Shown here piece by piece: positions 34,812 to 48,125 of a DNA stretch of 64,000 bases. The notes beneath the pieces are model-generated. The model searched no databases, had not been told where the DNA came from, and was given only the letters and a program-made list of their open reading frames with translations. A program made the position numbers and the translations under genes. This DNA is from Ginglymostoma cirratum (lineage: Eukaryota). The DNA lies in contig JAHRHZ010000082.1 in the NCBI GenBank assembly GCA_024137785.1, positions 5,701,994 to 5,765,993 on the forward strand, written 5' to 3'. The first letter of the stretch is position 1. Each line of letters opens with the position of its first letter.

Positions 34812-37800
34812 TTGAGTAACATTGATTCAAGTTTCAACTGGTGACCATGGATTGATATTTTGCCATATCGGATGATTAAATTAATTTGAAGCTTTGGAAC
34901 ACCATGTTCTATAATAACTAGTATTACAAAACATCTATGTTTTTGGATAATGTTTCTGTTGTAGTATATTGAGTTTTTAAGGGCACTTCCAGAAATGTAA
35001 ACTGTTCAGTGACCAACAAAGATTTATGATAATTATCATTTAAGAGTCTATCATAAAAAAACACTCGTATTGTTATACCGTTCACATTTCAGTCAATGGA
35101 ACAATTTTAATTCCGTCCAGTGATAGATGGCTACTATTATCTAAATGATAATATCAATTTTGAGCATGTCTTTCGGAAGCCCTTGCAGAGGTAGATTTTG
35201 GATGGATGTTATACAGCGTGACCTGAGCTCTGATGTTCTCAGCTACCATGTAGGGCATGGGTAATATCCAACATATATCATTTTAAAAATAGTAGCTTCA
35301 TGTAACGTACTTTATATTAGAATGTCGGAAACTTCATAAACGCACTCCTATTGTGAAGGTTCATACAAAGCTCAGTCGGAACTTTTGTTAACCAGCTGTC
35401 CAATATTACCCCCAGAAATGTTGTTTTGTGTCATTGGAAATCACCTGTCGAAATCGCAAAGGATTCATCATGCATAGCCCATATCAGTTAGAATCTAACT
35501 GATTGTTATTTTCAGGCACGTGAACCAAATTATTGGAATGATTTGTTTTGGGCTTGCTATTTATTTAGTTAATTAATTGATCAATCGGTCAACAAGTACT
35601 GATTCCCCAAATTGTGGGTAGAGAGAAGAAAAGTACAATCCCTTTTAGCTGTCTTACTACAGCCTTCCCACCACATTTGCTTGCAGATAGCACCAATGGA
35701 TCAAACAATGAAGCAGGGTATGGAAGATATAGGCACGGGGGAACCCTCCGATTCTTCTTTCAACAAGAGTACAAATTGGTCGAGCCAATTTCTAAGCATC
35801 AAAACACCACTCACTATTTAATAGATGCATTGGTTGTTTGTAGATAGTTTATGAATAGGTTTTCATGGTAGAACAATTATTAAAGTTAATCGCCCTTAAT
35901 GAGATTATGACTCCGATTTCAATGGCGATACTAATTCAAAAGTGCTGAAGGACCGAGAGAAGGGAAGGTGTGGTATGTAGGTAGTCTGGGGCGCTGAGTG
36001 CACACCACGCATTCATCTCCAATGTTTCTTCAAACTGGTTTGAAAACGTCTCAAATTGAAATGAAATCACCTGTTGACAGAATGCAGATGGCGACCCTTG
36101 ATTGAAACGTGGCGTTTTGTGGTGAACACGCTCTTAAAGGTTCTACCAATGATTTTTTTTTCATCAACATCCGACATTGTACGGGACCTCTAACTTTTAG
36201 CAATCTCCTACGAACTATCTGATAACTCGGCTTCGAGGAATTTCAGCATATGTTAAAAAAAATAACATTTTGGCGTTGATCGCTGATCTGAGCAACTGAT
36301 GTGTTATCATGTGACAAATATGGGTCATTTTACCAGTTCCGATGATGCACGAAGCTTTTCAAGATGGTCAAGGCACAACACCGAATGTGTGTTTCATTTG
36401 CTCGGATCATTCAATCGTTTAACATTTGAAGGTTTGTGAGATGCGAATCATAAGAGATTCATTTCAAATCCCTTCCAAACCTAGAAAAGAGTCTTTTTTT
36501 TCTACCGTGGGATAAATCCGCAAGGCACGATTCGAATTCAAATGAATGAGGCACGTGAACTCTGGAGGGGTTTTTCTTTTGGTGCATTTTTTTAAAACAG
36601 AAAAATCACTTAAGCAACTGACCATATATCATCTCAAATGTGTACGTGTCGATAATCAACACATATTGTGTCGAGACGTCTATTTTTCAGCATCATTCCA
36701 GTAAATTCCTCCATTAGGAAACTATCAGACAGCAAAACAGCCAAGACAGACTCCGCCATTTTCTCAGCTCTTGTATTTCATTTGATCATGAACGGCATGT
36801 GCTGGATTATTTGTCCGTTAACATATGCAAATTTTGGCTAACAGCTTGCCAAGAAGATGCGTTGATCATTCAGAAAAGGCAACATGTTCCATATAATTTG
36901 AATGTCTAACCATTCATAATGCGGGCTTCAGTGAAACAGATACAGCAGTTCCCCCTCCCCCCCCCCCCAACTCTCGATCTGGCCAACTGACCGGCCACAA
37001 GGAGATCTGTCTTGCAAAACTCCAACACTTTCGTCTCAAGTTCTAGATACGACAAAAATCTGACAGAAGCATTAAAGAGTCACCTATCATTAAATCAAAG
37101 AACAGCCAATCCAACAACATTCAACAGAAGATATTGTCACTAGGGTAGTTAGATGTGGCGTTAATGAGAGGGCTATCGTGGCCTTAGTGGCGTGTGGCAT
37201 TCCCAAAAAAGGTAGCAAAGGAATCTCTCGCTCTTCCGGAAACCAGTCTCACGTTGTGCCTGTCCTTGCGACGGCGCGATTCAGTGGTGAGCAAATGGCA
37301 TAGTGGTTGAATTCAGATGGGATCTTTTTCTCATTCACTTGTGGGATGTGGGCGTCGCTGACTGGCCAGCATTTATTGTCTGTCCCTAGTTGCCCTTGAG
37401 AAGGTGGTGGTGAGCTGCCTTCCTGACCTGCAGCAGTCCGTGTGCTGTAGGTAGAAGCACAATGCCCATAGGGAGGGAATTCCAGGATCTTGATCCCGAT
37501 TCTGATTGGTTTCAAATCCCCTCATCTTTATTTTAACAGCATTGGACTTCTAAAGACCACGATCCAATGGTGGTCTGTTTATTCCATGCCATGTTTGTCA
37601 TGTTGAGCGTTCTTGTTATTATGCAGGTTCTCTGGCTTCGAACGTCCTTCCAAACCAATTTCCTGCCGATTCAGTTTGATGCATCGTTCGCTCCTTTATC
37701 GTGGATCCACACTTCATAAAGGACTAACCAGAGGGCTGGAGTGAGGCGGTGGGTCAGAACAGTCCGGGATAACGGTAGCATTTGAATGTACCGAACTCCT

Positions 37801-39279
37801 GACCCGAACTTCCTTCGTGCCTCGTGGTTTGAGGGAACTCGGTTACTCATCAGAAGGTTCCAGCTCGGTTCGGCGCAGATCTCCGGATAAAAGTGTCCTC
37901 CCTGGGGCCAGCGAAGCCGAGGAGACGCCGGAGCGAATGCAACATCGCAGGGCTGCAAGCTTTGCCCACGTTAAGATCAAAATAGATCAGATTAAAATGT
38001 TTTGCATAGGGGTCCATCGTCAGTTACCCCAAAACAATGTACTAAGATGACTGGCTATGTGACCCTTTTGTTAAAGTAAACTAGACACTTTATCCTCATT
38101 GAAATCAACAAAAGAGAGGTCTTCAATAAATCAATGAGAGATAGGTGCTATAGCAACCTGGCAGTAGCTACGAATGTCGCTTGGTTCATGACCATTACCC
38201 AACTAATCAATAGTGTTGCCTTTTAAGCTTAACCCTCAAATTCGGCACCTGGTTCTTTCGGGCATTTGCACCCCCCATGATCACCAAATGTAGGTCTAAC
38301 AGCTTCCTTCCTTTCCGAGCTCAGTCTTCAAGCTTCACGTACGTGCCTTTTTAAAGGTCTAACTCTGTTCAGACAGCCAGCCACCTGCCCCTCGCTGTGG
38401 TTGAACGGGTTTGACCTTAAAAACGAAACTCTTCTCCATTTTGCAATGAGCAATCATTTCCTGGCATTCAGTCGGTGGTATTCGAGTCTGTTTCACTTGC
38501 TCTTTCAATTGCTCCGTTTCAAGCAGAATCTCTGCGCTTAATGATTACTGCTGTTTGAGAGATGGATATTTGACACGTGTCAACATTAAGTAGCTAACAG
38601 ATCCGACTGGCACAAAAGAGAGAGGAAAATAGATGTCCCGTTTTATCCCCCGCGTTTAAAATGTGATGTGCATGAATGTCACATCATGGAGAATAAAGAG
38701 TATGGTTATAATTTAAAAGGTATTGATTAATAATCAATAGGTGTCCAGTTGTGTTCGTAAAAATAATACATGCTATTACAACACGCTGAGCAATTAAGCA
38801 GAGAGCTAGGAAGCTAATTTCCCCCAACAAATGATCACTGATGCACATTTGATTTTGTTGAAAGATTAGCGATGTACACGATCATTACCTTGTGTTTGGG
38901 CACAGACATGATTGGCTCTGTAAACCATCGAAGGGGGCTTGGGCTTTTACAGAGGCGAATTTCAATGAGTCTGAACGCATTTTCTACTCAACTTCTTCCA
39001 ATGTTTAGAGCATCGCATACGATAGTGAAGAGCTTGATGTCGAAGGACACCACCTCACTTCTCTTGACATCAATAAGCCCGTCAAAAAGACAGTGTTACT
39101 CTGAACTTGGATGCGTGGTTCCTTGCCAAAGCTCCTACACCCAAACCTAGGCTTTCCCCAGGCTTAGAAAGTCAACGTCAGCAGATGCATGGGAACACCA
39201 CCATGGTCCCTTCCGAGTCAGAGACAAAGGGAGTGACAATAGTGGTAAAGATATGATAGTGACAAAAAAAAGTGATATA

Positions 39280-39410
39280 TAACAAAGAATTGCGGATGGT
39301 GGAAATCTGGATCAAGAACAGAAAAGGCTGGAGAAGCCCAGCAGGTCTGGCAGTATCTATGGAGAGAAAGCAGAGTTAAAATTTCGAGTCCAGTGACCCT
39401 TCTTCAGAAC
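39280..39410 (-). mobile_element. PLE family B fragment inserted in a LINE tail
   Basis: GTT-CTGAAGA (39401-39407)-A-GGGTC ACTG GACTC-GAAA-TTTT-AAC. Confidence 0.75.
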
Positions 39411-42400
39411 AAGACAGCATAGGTCCTTTGTTTTATATTGGAAATATATTGCCGGTTCTTCATTGTTGCTGGTTTAAATTCCTAGAACTGCCTACCTGAC
39501 GGCCCCGTGGGTGTAACTGTTTCCCATGAACTGCAGTGGTTTAGCCGCCTTCTCGAAGGCAAAAATAGATGGGCGACAAATACTGGCATTGCTAGAAAGG
39601 ACCACATAAACATAAAATAAGAACAATCTCAATATTGTAAATATTGTGCTGAGCACCCGGACACCAGTTGCCCCGAATGTTGTCAATACCGAGAGCTTTG
39701 ATGAGCGAATACCCGACTAACTATGAGCTAAATTCCAATACCCGCCATGTTGAGGTAATGACACGTCAACACGTTGACACAAGACCGTGCCACTGAAAAA
39801 TATGGGCACCTTTGCAGCTGGTCTGTAGACCGAACAGGGCGTATTGCTCATTTGTATGTTGCAAATACCTCAATGTATTTGTTCTAAATGTAGCGATGCT
39901 AACAAAGGATGGTTTGTATAACTGCACGTCCCTACTGGTGTTTCACCAATATATTTGTGACGGCCCTGTCACTGAGTGCAGTCTATGTGGCGCTTTCGGT
40001 TGAAATAGTCCTGCGCTGTATTTGTTACAACGGAAGCCCTCTGCAGTTCTCGGGGCCTCCCCAGCACCAGCTGCACAACGGCTAACCTCTACCTTCCACC
40101 CCTTCCCTCCAGACCCATACCACATTCATTTAAATTTCACTTTCCCCATTGATATGGCGGTTATTTTGTTAAATTATCTGAAATATGATGGTTTGAAAAG
40201 AAAGCCCTAACCGAAGTGGCTAGCCCAGAGCTCTGAAGGTGTGTTCCTTTGGGAATCCAGCTATCCGACAGGTCATTTGTGAACTTTTAAAGCCGTGTAG
40301 CTATTCTCGAACAGAACAATAAATTGGCGGGTAGCTCCTTAACAGGTCGATGAGAGCGCGAGTACTGTGCTGTGATCAATAGGTTTAAAAATATTGACAT
40401 CTCACAATGCAGTGGGCATTTGAAAGGTTACGAGTGGGATTCCTGATTCCCGTTTCCTCTCTTTTGTAGATAGAGTAGAATGAAGACGATTGGCAGGAAT
40501 GATGGGATGGGGGATGGAGGACTGTTTCTGAATGACAGGCTCTGGGAGGCGGTGTCCCAATGTTGCCCCGCATTATGCCACTGGAGCAAAGTCCATTTTA
40601 GTTCGTCCATCGCTGCAGGTGGGCATTTATCGGCACACACACCTCAAGCGTTCGATTTGCAATCCGTTCCTTTACTGTTACTTCTCCGCACCTTTAGATC
40701 GAAGCCATGGTTTTGTAACAACTCGTCCCCTCTAAACCCTGGAAGCCCCCATGGAGTTCAGTCACACTGAAACACTCCGAGAATAGACTTCACATGCGTT
40801 ATCTGCACACATGAGCAGCCACAGTATTGCAGCTGTGCAGCTAGACCTTGCTCACAAGGCGTTAGACTGGAGGCTGCTCTGACATTTGAGCAGCACCGAT
40901 GCCCATGCAAATTTAATTTCTTTAAATAAATTGGTGGCTTTTGCAAAGATCGATCCTAACATAACGATTGTATTTTGGAGGTAAATCGGGAATCTTTACT
41001 CCAATGGGATTTAGTCTCGGGGCTGCAGCACATAACCCCAAATTATTCAAATGTTACAACATTGTTGGGAGCTGTTCACAAATGCCTCTGCCTTTGATTT
41101 TTGTATAATCGACGCAGTATTTCAAGTAACACAGAGGGCGCGGACTGATATTTTAAATGACTGAATGCGTGGATCTGTTGTTTTCGTAAAGGGGAAGATG
41201 TGAGCTCCCTATGTAGGAAACCAAAGAAGCAACAGCATGTTTCTGGGAGGAGACTTTCAGGAATCCACGGCGCCGCTGGGATGTCGGGCGGTGGAGGGGA
41301 GAAATCATCAACTCCATAATACCTCGTTGGGATTAAAATATTTACCGGGATTTACAGAGACGACATAATCACTTTGAACCGGTAAACGCCCTTTCCCACC
41401 CACACTCTATCCAGATGTGCGTTTTTTTCCTGTGGACCGTGGAAAATAGTTATTGGTCGATCAGTCACAGCTGCACTGACGCAGTCGCTATAATCTGGTG
41501 TATTTATAGTAACAGAGAGAGAGCGTACAGATGCCAATCTCACTGATCTCCAGATAGAGAGCTACAGAGTTAGCGTGGGTTTCTTTTCTGAAGCACCACT
41601 TCCCAGTTTGCACACACGCAGATTGTATCCACACAGGTACCAAAAAAAACCCTTCGCCCATTCGTGCTGTCCCTATAATGGGCCAATTTCACTTCAGTTT
41701 TACAGGGCACTGCAACATAAAGCAGAGTTTAAAACCTGTGTCACCTTCTCAGCTTTAGCCAAAACACCAGGATAAAATACACCATCAGTCTGTTCTGAAC
41801 TTCCAATTGCTGTGTCACGGTCACCAGCCTCATTTACAACCCCTTTCACACACCACCACCTTCAATCCCGTTCAAAATGTTGTTTCAGGATCTCTCGGAA
41901 TTATTCACATTTGACCTAAAACGACGTTGTCCCTCAGTCTATCCCGCATATGCTCTGGTTATTCGGTCACCACACACCGCTCATTTCAGAAAGACTGGTT
42001 CAGATTCAGCAGTCAGTTATGACTCAAGTCAGGATCAGACGGCGCACCTATAATCATGGCTTATGTTCTATGTGGCCCGTGTCGCACGCCTGAGGCTGGC
42101 CTTTTGACGCACATTATTTGTCTTTAAGCTCTGGAGACACTTTCCATTTGCGTCAGATGTCAGAACCGCCGGGAGAAGCCGGTTTTCCTAGCTGCTGCAT
42201 TTCTGTGTGAAAATAATAGAATTCCTTCAGTCATCTCCATGAGGAGCCGGGAATAGCAGTGGGTTCTGTTTCACTCCCAGCGATTGGGCTTTGTTAGAGG
42301 CAGGTGTTGGCATTGGACGTAGGGGTGTGTAGTGTGTGGAGGGTGCAGTTTAGTGACTGAGCATTTGTGCCTTTGACATTTCTGGGGAGTGAAAACGTGC

Positions 42401-43083
42401 AACGTAGTGTCTTCACAGAAAATCGCCTTTCTATTTTTAGAGTCCGAGAAGGCAGCAGCTTCATTAAGACAAGGTTGACGTGCATTTATATTAATCGCCT
42501 CTCGTGTCTGACGTTTGTTTACGAACTCTTTTTCCATATAAACAGCAGCCCTTTGAATCAAACCCAGCTCTCGGCCTCGCCCTAGAAGCGGAAGGTTCCA
42601 GACCATTATCCAATTCGGCACTCAACAACTGAAGGCATGTTAAAATAGGACGTATTACCCCAAGTGTTGACAGAAACTGCATTTACCTAAAAGTAAACAA
42701 AGTTTTGTATGCGAAGCCGTTCACCTCAAAGACTCAAAAGCGAAGCGTCTTCTTACCAGACAAAATGTACAAGTTCAGATCAAGAGAGTACAGCCTGAAC
42801 ATCCTGGGCTATATCTGCTCTATCACACACATAGCCATCATCATGAATATTTGTGAACCCTCCAAAATTAATGAAAAAAAAGACAGAAAAGTTCAAAAGT
42901 AAATGACGTACGCACCAAATGAAAATCCACCCAATGCTCCAAAAAGCTAATTTGCTGCTCTCCGGGATATAATTTCTATTCAGTGTCAATTTTGGTTGGT
43001 CGTTCAATGGATGTGACGCATATACTGTGGCAATTTATTCGTCTTTTGTAGGTAACATTTTAAGCATTTTGCTAAGAAGACTA

Positions 43084-43182
43084 GTAAAAAAGACATCTTT
43101 TCTGAAAAAGGGTCCCGACCCAAAACGTCGACTTTCCTGCTCCTCTGATGCTGCCTGGCCTGCTGTGTTCCTCCAGCTTCTA
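43084..43182 (+). mobile_element. PLE family A terminal fragment
   Basis: Decayed core CTGAAAA at 43102-43108; 15-bp TSD TTGCTAAGAAGACTA at 43069-43083 and 43183-43197. Confidence 0.8.
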
Positions 43183-43914
43183 TTGCTAAGAAGACTAACA
43201 CAGTTCATTCTTCAGAAAGTATTTTATACTTTTGCACGATGTAAATAACAGGAGAGAAGATGCGATAATAAGACTGCAGCTTGAGGAACGCTAATCACAC
43301 AATCCAAAATTCAATAAAGTCAAAGGACTTGTCAACAAGCTGCTTAAATAATGTTTCACATTAAGTTTCAGTTCCAGTTGAAATTCTATATATACAATAA
43401 TCTTGGTAATGATCACTATTTTAAAATTTTTTTTTTAGAAAATAAAACGAAGATATAGGTCCAGCCTTATGTTTGTGCGCTTAATGTCTGAATCTCAACA
43501 GTTGATAGGTGTGCCGGAAATGTAGATTGAAAGCTCACTTGTGTGGAATATATCACCATTGGTGACATTTTAGTCATATTGTTATATATGTAACCTGATA
43601 TGACAAGGCTTCGTATTAGGATAGTTATATGTTCTAGCTTTTCTTTTTCCCCTCTCTCTGGTCATAGCAGCAGTGAAAAGCCTACTGGGATTGCATCATT
43701 TGTTCATGCTGGAGAGTAGTTTACTAGAAGTGGTATCAGATTAGGGCTCAGCTATTTCTGTAGTCAGACAAAACTGCAGTGATTAGCCTGATAAAAGGTG
43801 AACCAGTATTGGAAACATTCTTATATAAAATGGAAACTTCAACGTTGAATGGTGAAAGAATGATAAATACAAAATACAATTAATGTGATGACAAGCAAAA
43901 GATTACCATTTACA

Positions 43915-44270
43915 TTTTTTTGCAGGATTTGAGCATTGCTGGTTAGGCCAGCATTTATTGTCCATTCCCAATTTCACTTGACAAGGTTTGGGCGAACTAT
44001 TGCAGTCCACGGAGTTAGGTACAATCACAGAGCTGCTAAGGAGGGAGTTCCAGGATTTTGACCCAGCAACTCTGGAGGAACAGTGATATGTTACCAAGTC
44101 AGGAGGTATGTGGCTTATAGGGGAACTTGCAGGTAATGGTGTTCTCATGTATCTGCTGCACTTGTACTTCTAAATGGTAGAGGTCATGAATTTGGAAGGT
44201 GCTATTGAAGGAGCCTTGGCAAGTTCCTCCAGTGCACATGATAAATGGTACATGATGTTGGTCAGTGGTG
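43915..44270 (-). mobile_element. LINE 3' tail fragment (same family as 6890-7875)
   Basis: ggccagcatttattgtccattcc.. gggagttccaggattttgacccagc. Confidence 0.7.
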
Positions 44271-45119
44271 CTATCTTAAAACAAAACCAACACATAGCAG
44301 ATGCTGGAAACTGAAGTCAACAGATCTGAGGAGACTGAAACAAAATTGTATTCCAGGCCAATGAACTGACGCAGAACAACAACTTTGCAGATGCTGAGTA
44401 TTTCAAGAAATTTCTTATTTTGTTTCAGGCATTTTAAGAAACATCAATTTTATTGTACAATCTCACCATATCAATTTCATTTTCACAGTAAATGAAATTA
44501 AGAAAAAAGCACCCACATAATACTCATGGATCCCCTATGGTACTGTTCACACTTACAGGGAGAGGTGCAATTAATAAAACATTAGGAATTAAGTGAAGAG
44601 AGTGGCAACTGTTGGCAATGGGCATAGAAAGGGGCTAAGAAAATTGAAGGGCAAGGTAGATGACAGCCAGAAAAAGCTGGGGAAGCAAGCTGAGAAGTCA
44701 CTTTACTATTTCTAAAAGTAGTAAGAATAACACTCATTACTCGTATGGTGATATCCATTGACTTCAATGTCGCGAGAATGTTACAATTTTACAAAGAATG
44801 TCAATATATTATTACTCAACCACATAGTCTGAATTCCTGATGCAGAGTGCCTAAGTATTGACATCAAAATCAAGCAAAGTTGGAAGGTGAGTGATAACTG
44901 GATAACAATATTACCTTCTTCAGTTTATTTTCTTGTGGTTTTCTCCTTCCCTCCTTTCTTGAAGTATTTATTTCATGCTGGTATACAGTTCTACTCTGAG
45001 TAGTCACCCTCTGAAACTTTAGTTAATGGCCATTATTCATGTGTAAATCAAAATGTTGCAGTTAAAACCCCACTATTTAACAAAAGAAGGAGGAAAGCAA
45101 GTGAAAAATCACAAAGCTA

Positions 45120-45890
45120 TTAGTCTAATAACAATCAGAGGGGAATGATAGAATAAATATTAAAATGTGTGATAACAGGGCATTTAAAATTTATTGGCTT
45201 GACCAGAGTCTATGTGGATTTATTAAAGGGAAGTGATGTTTATAAACTTTTTTTTTCAGAATGTAACCAGCAGAATAGATAAGAAAAATAGTGGACGTGG
45301 TTTTGAGATAACAAGCATGGGGCTGGATGAACACAGCAGGTCAAGCAGCATCTTTCAAAGGCCTTTTCATAAGGTCCCACATGAGATTAGAAAACAATAT
45401 TGAAGCACGTAGAACTGGGCGAATATAATGAGTTGAGAACCTGTTAATAAGGGGTCTGTGGCAGGCACAGTGTGGTGTCTCTCTGACTGAGTCAGGGAGG
45501 CCTGGGTTCAAATCCTACCTGCTACAGAGATGTGTAACAACATTGGAAAATATCGAGAATTGGTTAACAGATAGAATGCAGAATAGGAGTAAATGGGTCA
45601 TTCTCAGGCTTGTAGGTTGTGTCTAGTGGGACACCGCAAGGATCAGTGCTTGGGCCTTTGCTATTCTAAAAGCTATATCAATGATGTGAAATTAGACATT
45701 GTATGTAATATTTACAAGTTTACAGATGTCCAAAGCTGGTGGAAGTGTCTGGTATGAGGAAGATACAAAAATGTTTCAAGGGGATTTAGAGAAGCTAAAT
45801 CAATGGGCAAAGAAATTGATAGAAGGGATACAATTCACTGAAATGAGTGGTTCCCCACTTGGTGGGAAAAATAACATTACAGAAGGTGGA
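45120..45890 (+). mobile_element. CR1 RT fragment with nested PLE piece (45305-45352) and SINE (about 45452-45545)
   Basis: VDVV..FQKAFxKVPH and SGTPQGSVLGPLLF motifs. Confidence 0.8.
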
Positions 45891-45929
45891 ATCATACAGG
45901 GATCTGATTCAATATCGAGTTCCACAACT

Positions 45930-46280
45930 TCAGAGTTGACCTGTCTCTTTCACTTACATTCCCCACTCTGCCCCATTTGTGTCTTGCTGACTTTGGTCTC
46001 TGCAGATCTGACCCATTTTCTCCTTTTCACATATTCAATTACACCCATTTAACAATGTCTATCATTTCTTTACAACCATTATCACTGCCTTTCTCTTTTG
46101 CTCTGGGCACCCTCATAATCTGTTCCGTGTGCTCTCTTCCCCTCTGTCGATAGTGTAAAAAGCTATCACTTCTCTCTTTTCAGTTCTGAAGAAGTAATAC
46201 TGGACTCAAAACATTAATTTTGTTTCTCTCTCCACAGCTACTGCCACACCGGAGCTTCTCCAGCACTTTCTGTTGTTATT
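45930..46280 (+). mobile_element. PLE family B fragment with pyrimidine-rich upstream region
   Basis: CTGAAGA at 46186-46192, then ctggactcaaaacattaa and the family B tail. Confidence 0.6.
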
Positions 46281-46339
46281 ATCATAGTATAATGTTTGTG
46301 CTAATGGACCTGCAATTCAGAGTCCTGCAATAAAGTTAG

Positions 46340-47130
46340 TTTGATATAACATCTTTAATATAAAGTAACCCTAAGCCCTTCACAGAGACATTATAAAACA
46401 AAATACAACACTGAACCACAGAAGAGATATTAAGGCTGATTACCAAAAGCTTGGTGAAAGAGGTAGCATTTAAGAAATGTCTTAACCAAGAAAAATGAGG
46501 CAGACTTAGGGAGGAAATTCCAGACTTATGGCGTAGACATTTGAAAGCCCAGTAAACAATGAGGGAATGATTGAAATCAGGGACTCTCAAATGGTTAGAA
46601 TTAGATGGGTGCAGAAGGTTGTAGGGCTAGAGCAGTTTGTTGAAAAGAGGATAAACCAGACCATGGATGAATCTGAAAATAAGGACAAGAATTTTAAAAC
46701 TGAAGTTTTGTTTAATGGGCAGTCAATATACATCATCAGTATAACAGTGTACGGAACTCAATATGAGTTTGAACATAGGCACCTGAAGGCCTCAAGTTTA
46801 TGCAAGCCAGAGTAGTCAGTTTTGGAGGTAACAATGGCATGGATGAAAATTTTGGCAGCAATGAGCTGAGACAGGATCAAAGTCCAATATGAAGGTTGAA
46901 ATAGGTAGCTTTATTGACAGTAATAATATGTGCTTTAATGCTTATATCTAGTCAGTGGCTAAGTAGACAATGGCTTCAGTCTTCCCAATATTTAAGACAA
47001 ATAAATTTCTGTTTATCCCATCTGGAAGCAAGGCAAGCAACCTGTCAATGTAGAGTCAGTGGAGGAGTCAAGAAGGTGGTGGTGAGGTAAAGTTGAATGT
47101 TTTCATTGCCAAGTGGGAACAGACATTTTG
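46340..47130 (-). mobile_element. Old L2-like LINE fragment
   Basis: Purine-rich plus-strand pattern typical of antisense L2 (ggaggaaattccagac.., agtagtcagttttggaggtaacaatggcatggatga). Confidence 0.5.
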
Positions 47131-47834
47131 TTTATGATGATGCAAGGAAATGCAGAGGTAAATGTGTGGGGATGGCAATGGAAATCTGGAGAGAATTCCA
47201 TTAAAAAAAGTGCTTGTTGGAGCATGAGGACAAACTCCAGTTCTGCTGTATAGGACAGATAAAATGTTTGGTGGGTCAGCCTTCTGAAGAGTACTGATTA
47301 GTATATATTTCATTTGCTTAGTGCATTGGGAAGCCTGCCAGAAAGAACATTGTCAATGTCAGGGATTATGAACAAGACCAATATAAATCTCATCAGAGCA
47401 GGACTTTGTGCAGCGTCTGGACTTCATCCTTCCTGGAACTGATGTGGTGCTCACTCCGATTGTATGGAACTATCCAATGTTTGATGGCCGATGTTGCAGT
47501 TTCCACCCAAAATAAGAAGCAGCCACCCAACATCAGAGTGCTGCAATGGAAGCTCACATTTCTGACACTCAAAGTCGGCTTGCTGCTATGCAACTTCAGA
47601 CTGCTGTCATCATGGCCCTGAATGTAGAGTGGAAAGTGACTTGCAAATTGTCTCAGCAATCCATCACCCAAAAAAAAACACAATGACTGATGAGGTGCCA
47701 ACCCAGGGAAAGTGATGGTGCCGCCATGCAGCACGAATCTCATGTGGACCACATTTTCCCTCTGACCCCAATCACTCCACCAATTACCAGTCAATCAGCC
47801 AGCCCAAATATTTGCCGAGTTGGTGCAGATGCAG

Positions 47835-48125
47835 TCATAGTTTAAAAACAATGGGTCATCCCTTTAAGACTGAGCTGAGAAAACATTCTTTTCTCTTAGA
47901 AGGTTGACAATCTTTGGGATTCCCTTTCGTAAAAGACAGTGGATGCAGAACCTTTAAATATTTTTAAAGCAGAGGTAGATAGATTGTTGATTAGCACAGA
48001 GATGAAAAATTATCAGGGATGTGCAGGAATGTACAGTTGAGATTAAAATCAGATCAACCATGATCTTATTGAATGGCAGAGTAGGTTCAAAGGGGTGAGT
48101 GGCCAACTTTTATTCATTGTTTGTA
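47835..48125 (+). mobile_element. CR1 3' end
   Basis: tttaagactgag..agatcaaccatgatcttattgaatggcagag, homologous to 4700-4960. Confidence 0.75.

Noticed and set aside
41129-41145. CTCF-like motif CAGAGGGCGC (also a weak one near 29009-29022)
   Set aside because: The 5' half mismatches the consensus and is too weak without ChIP data
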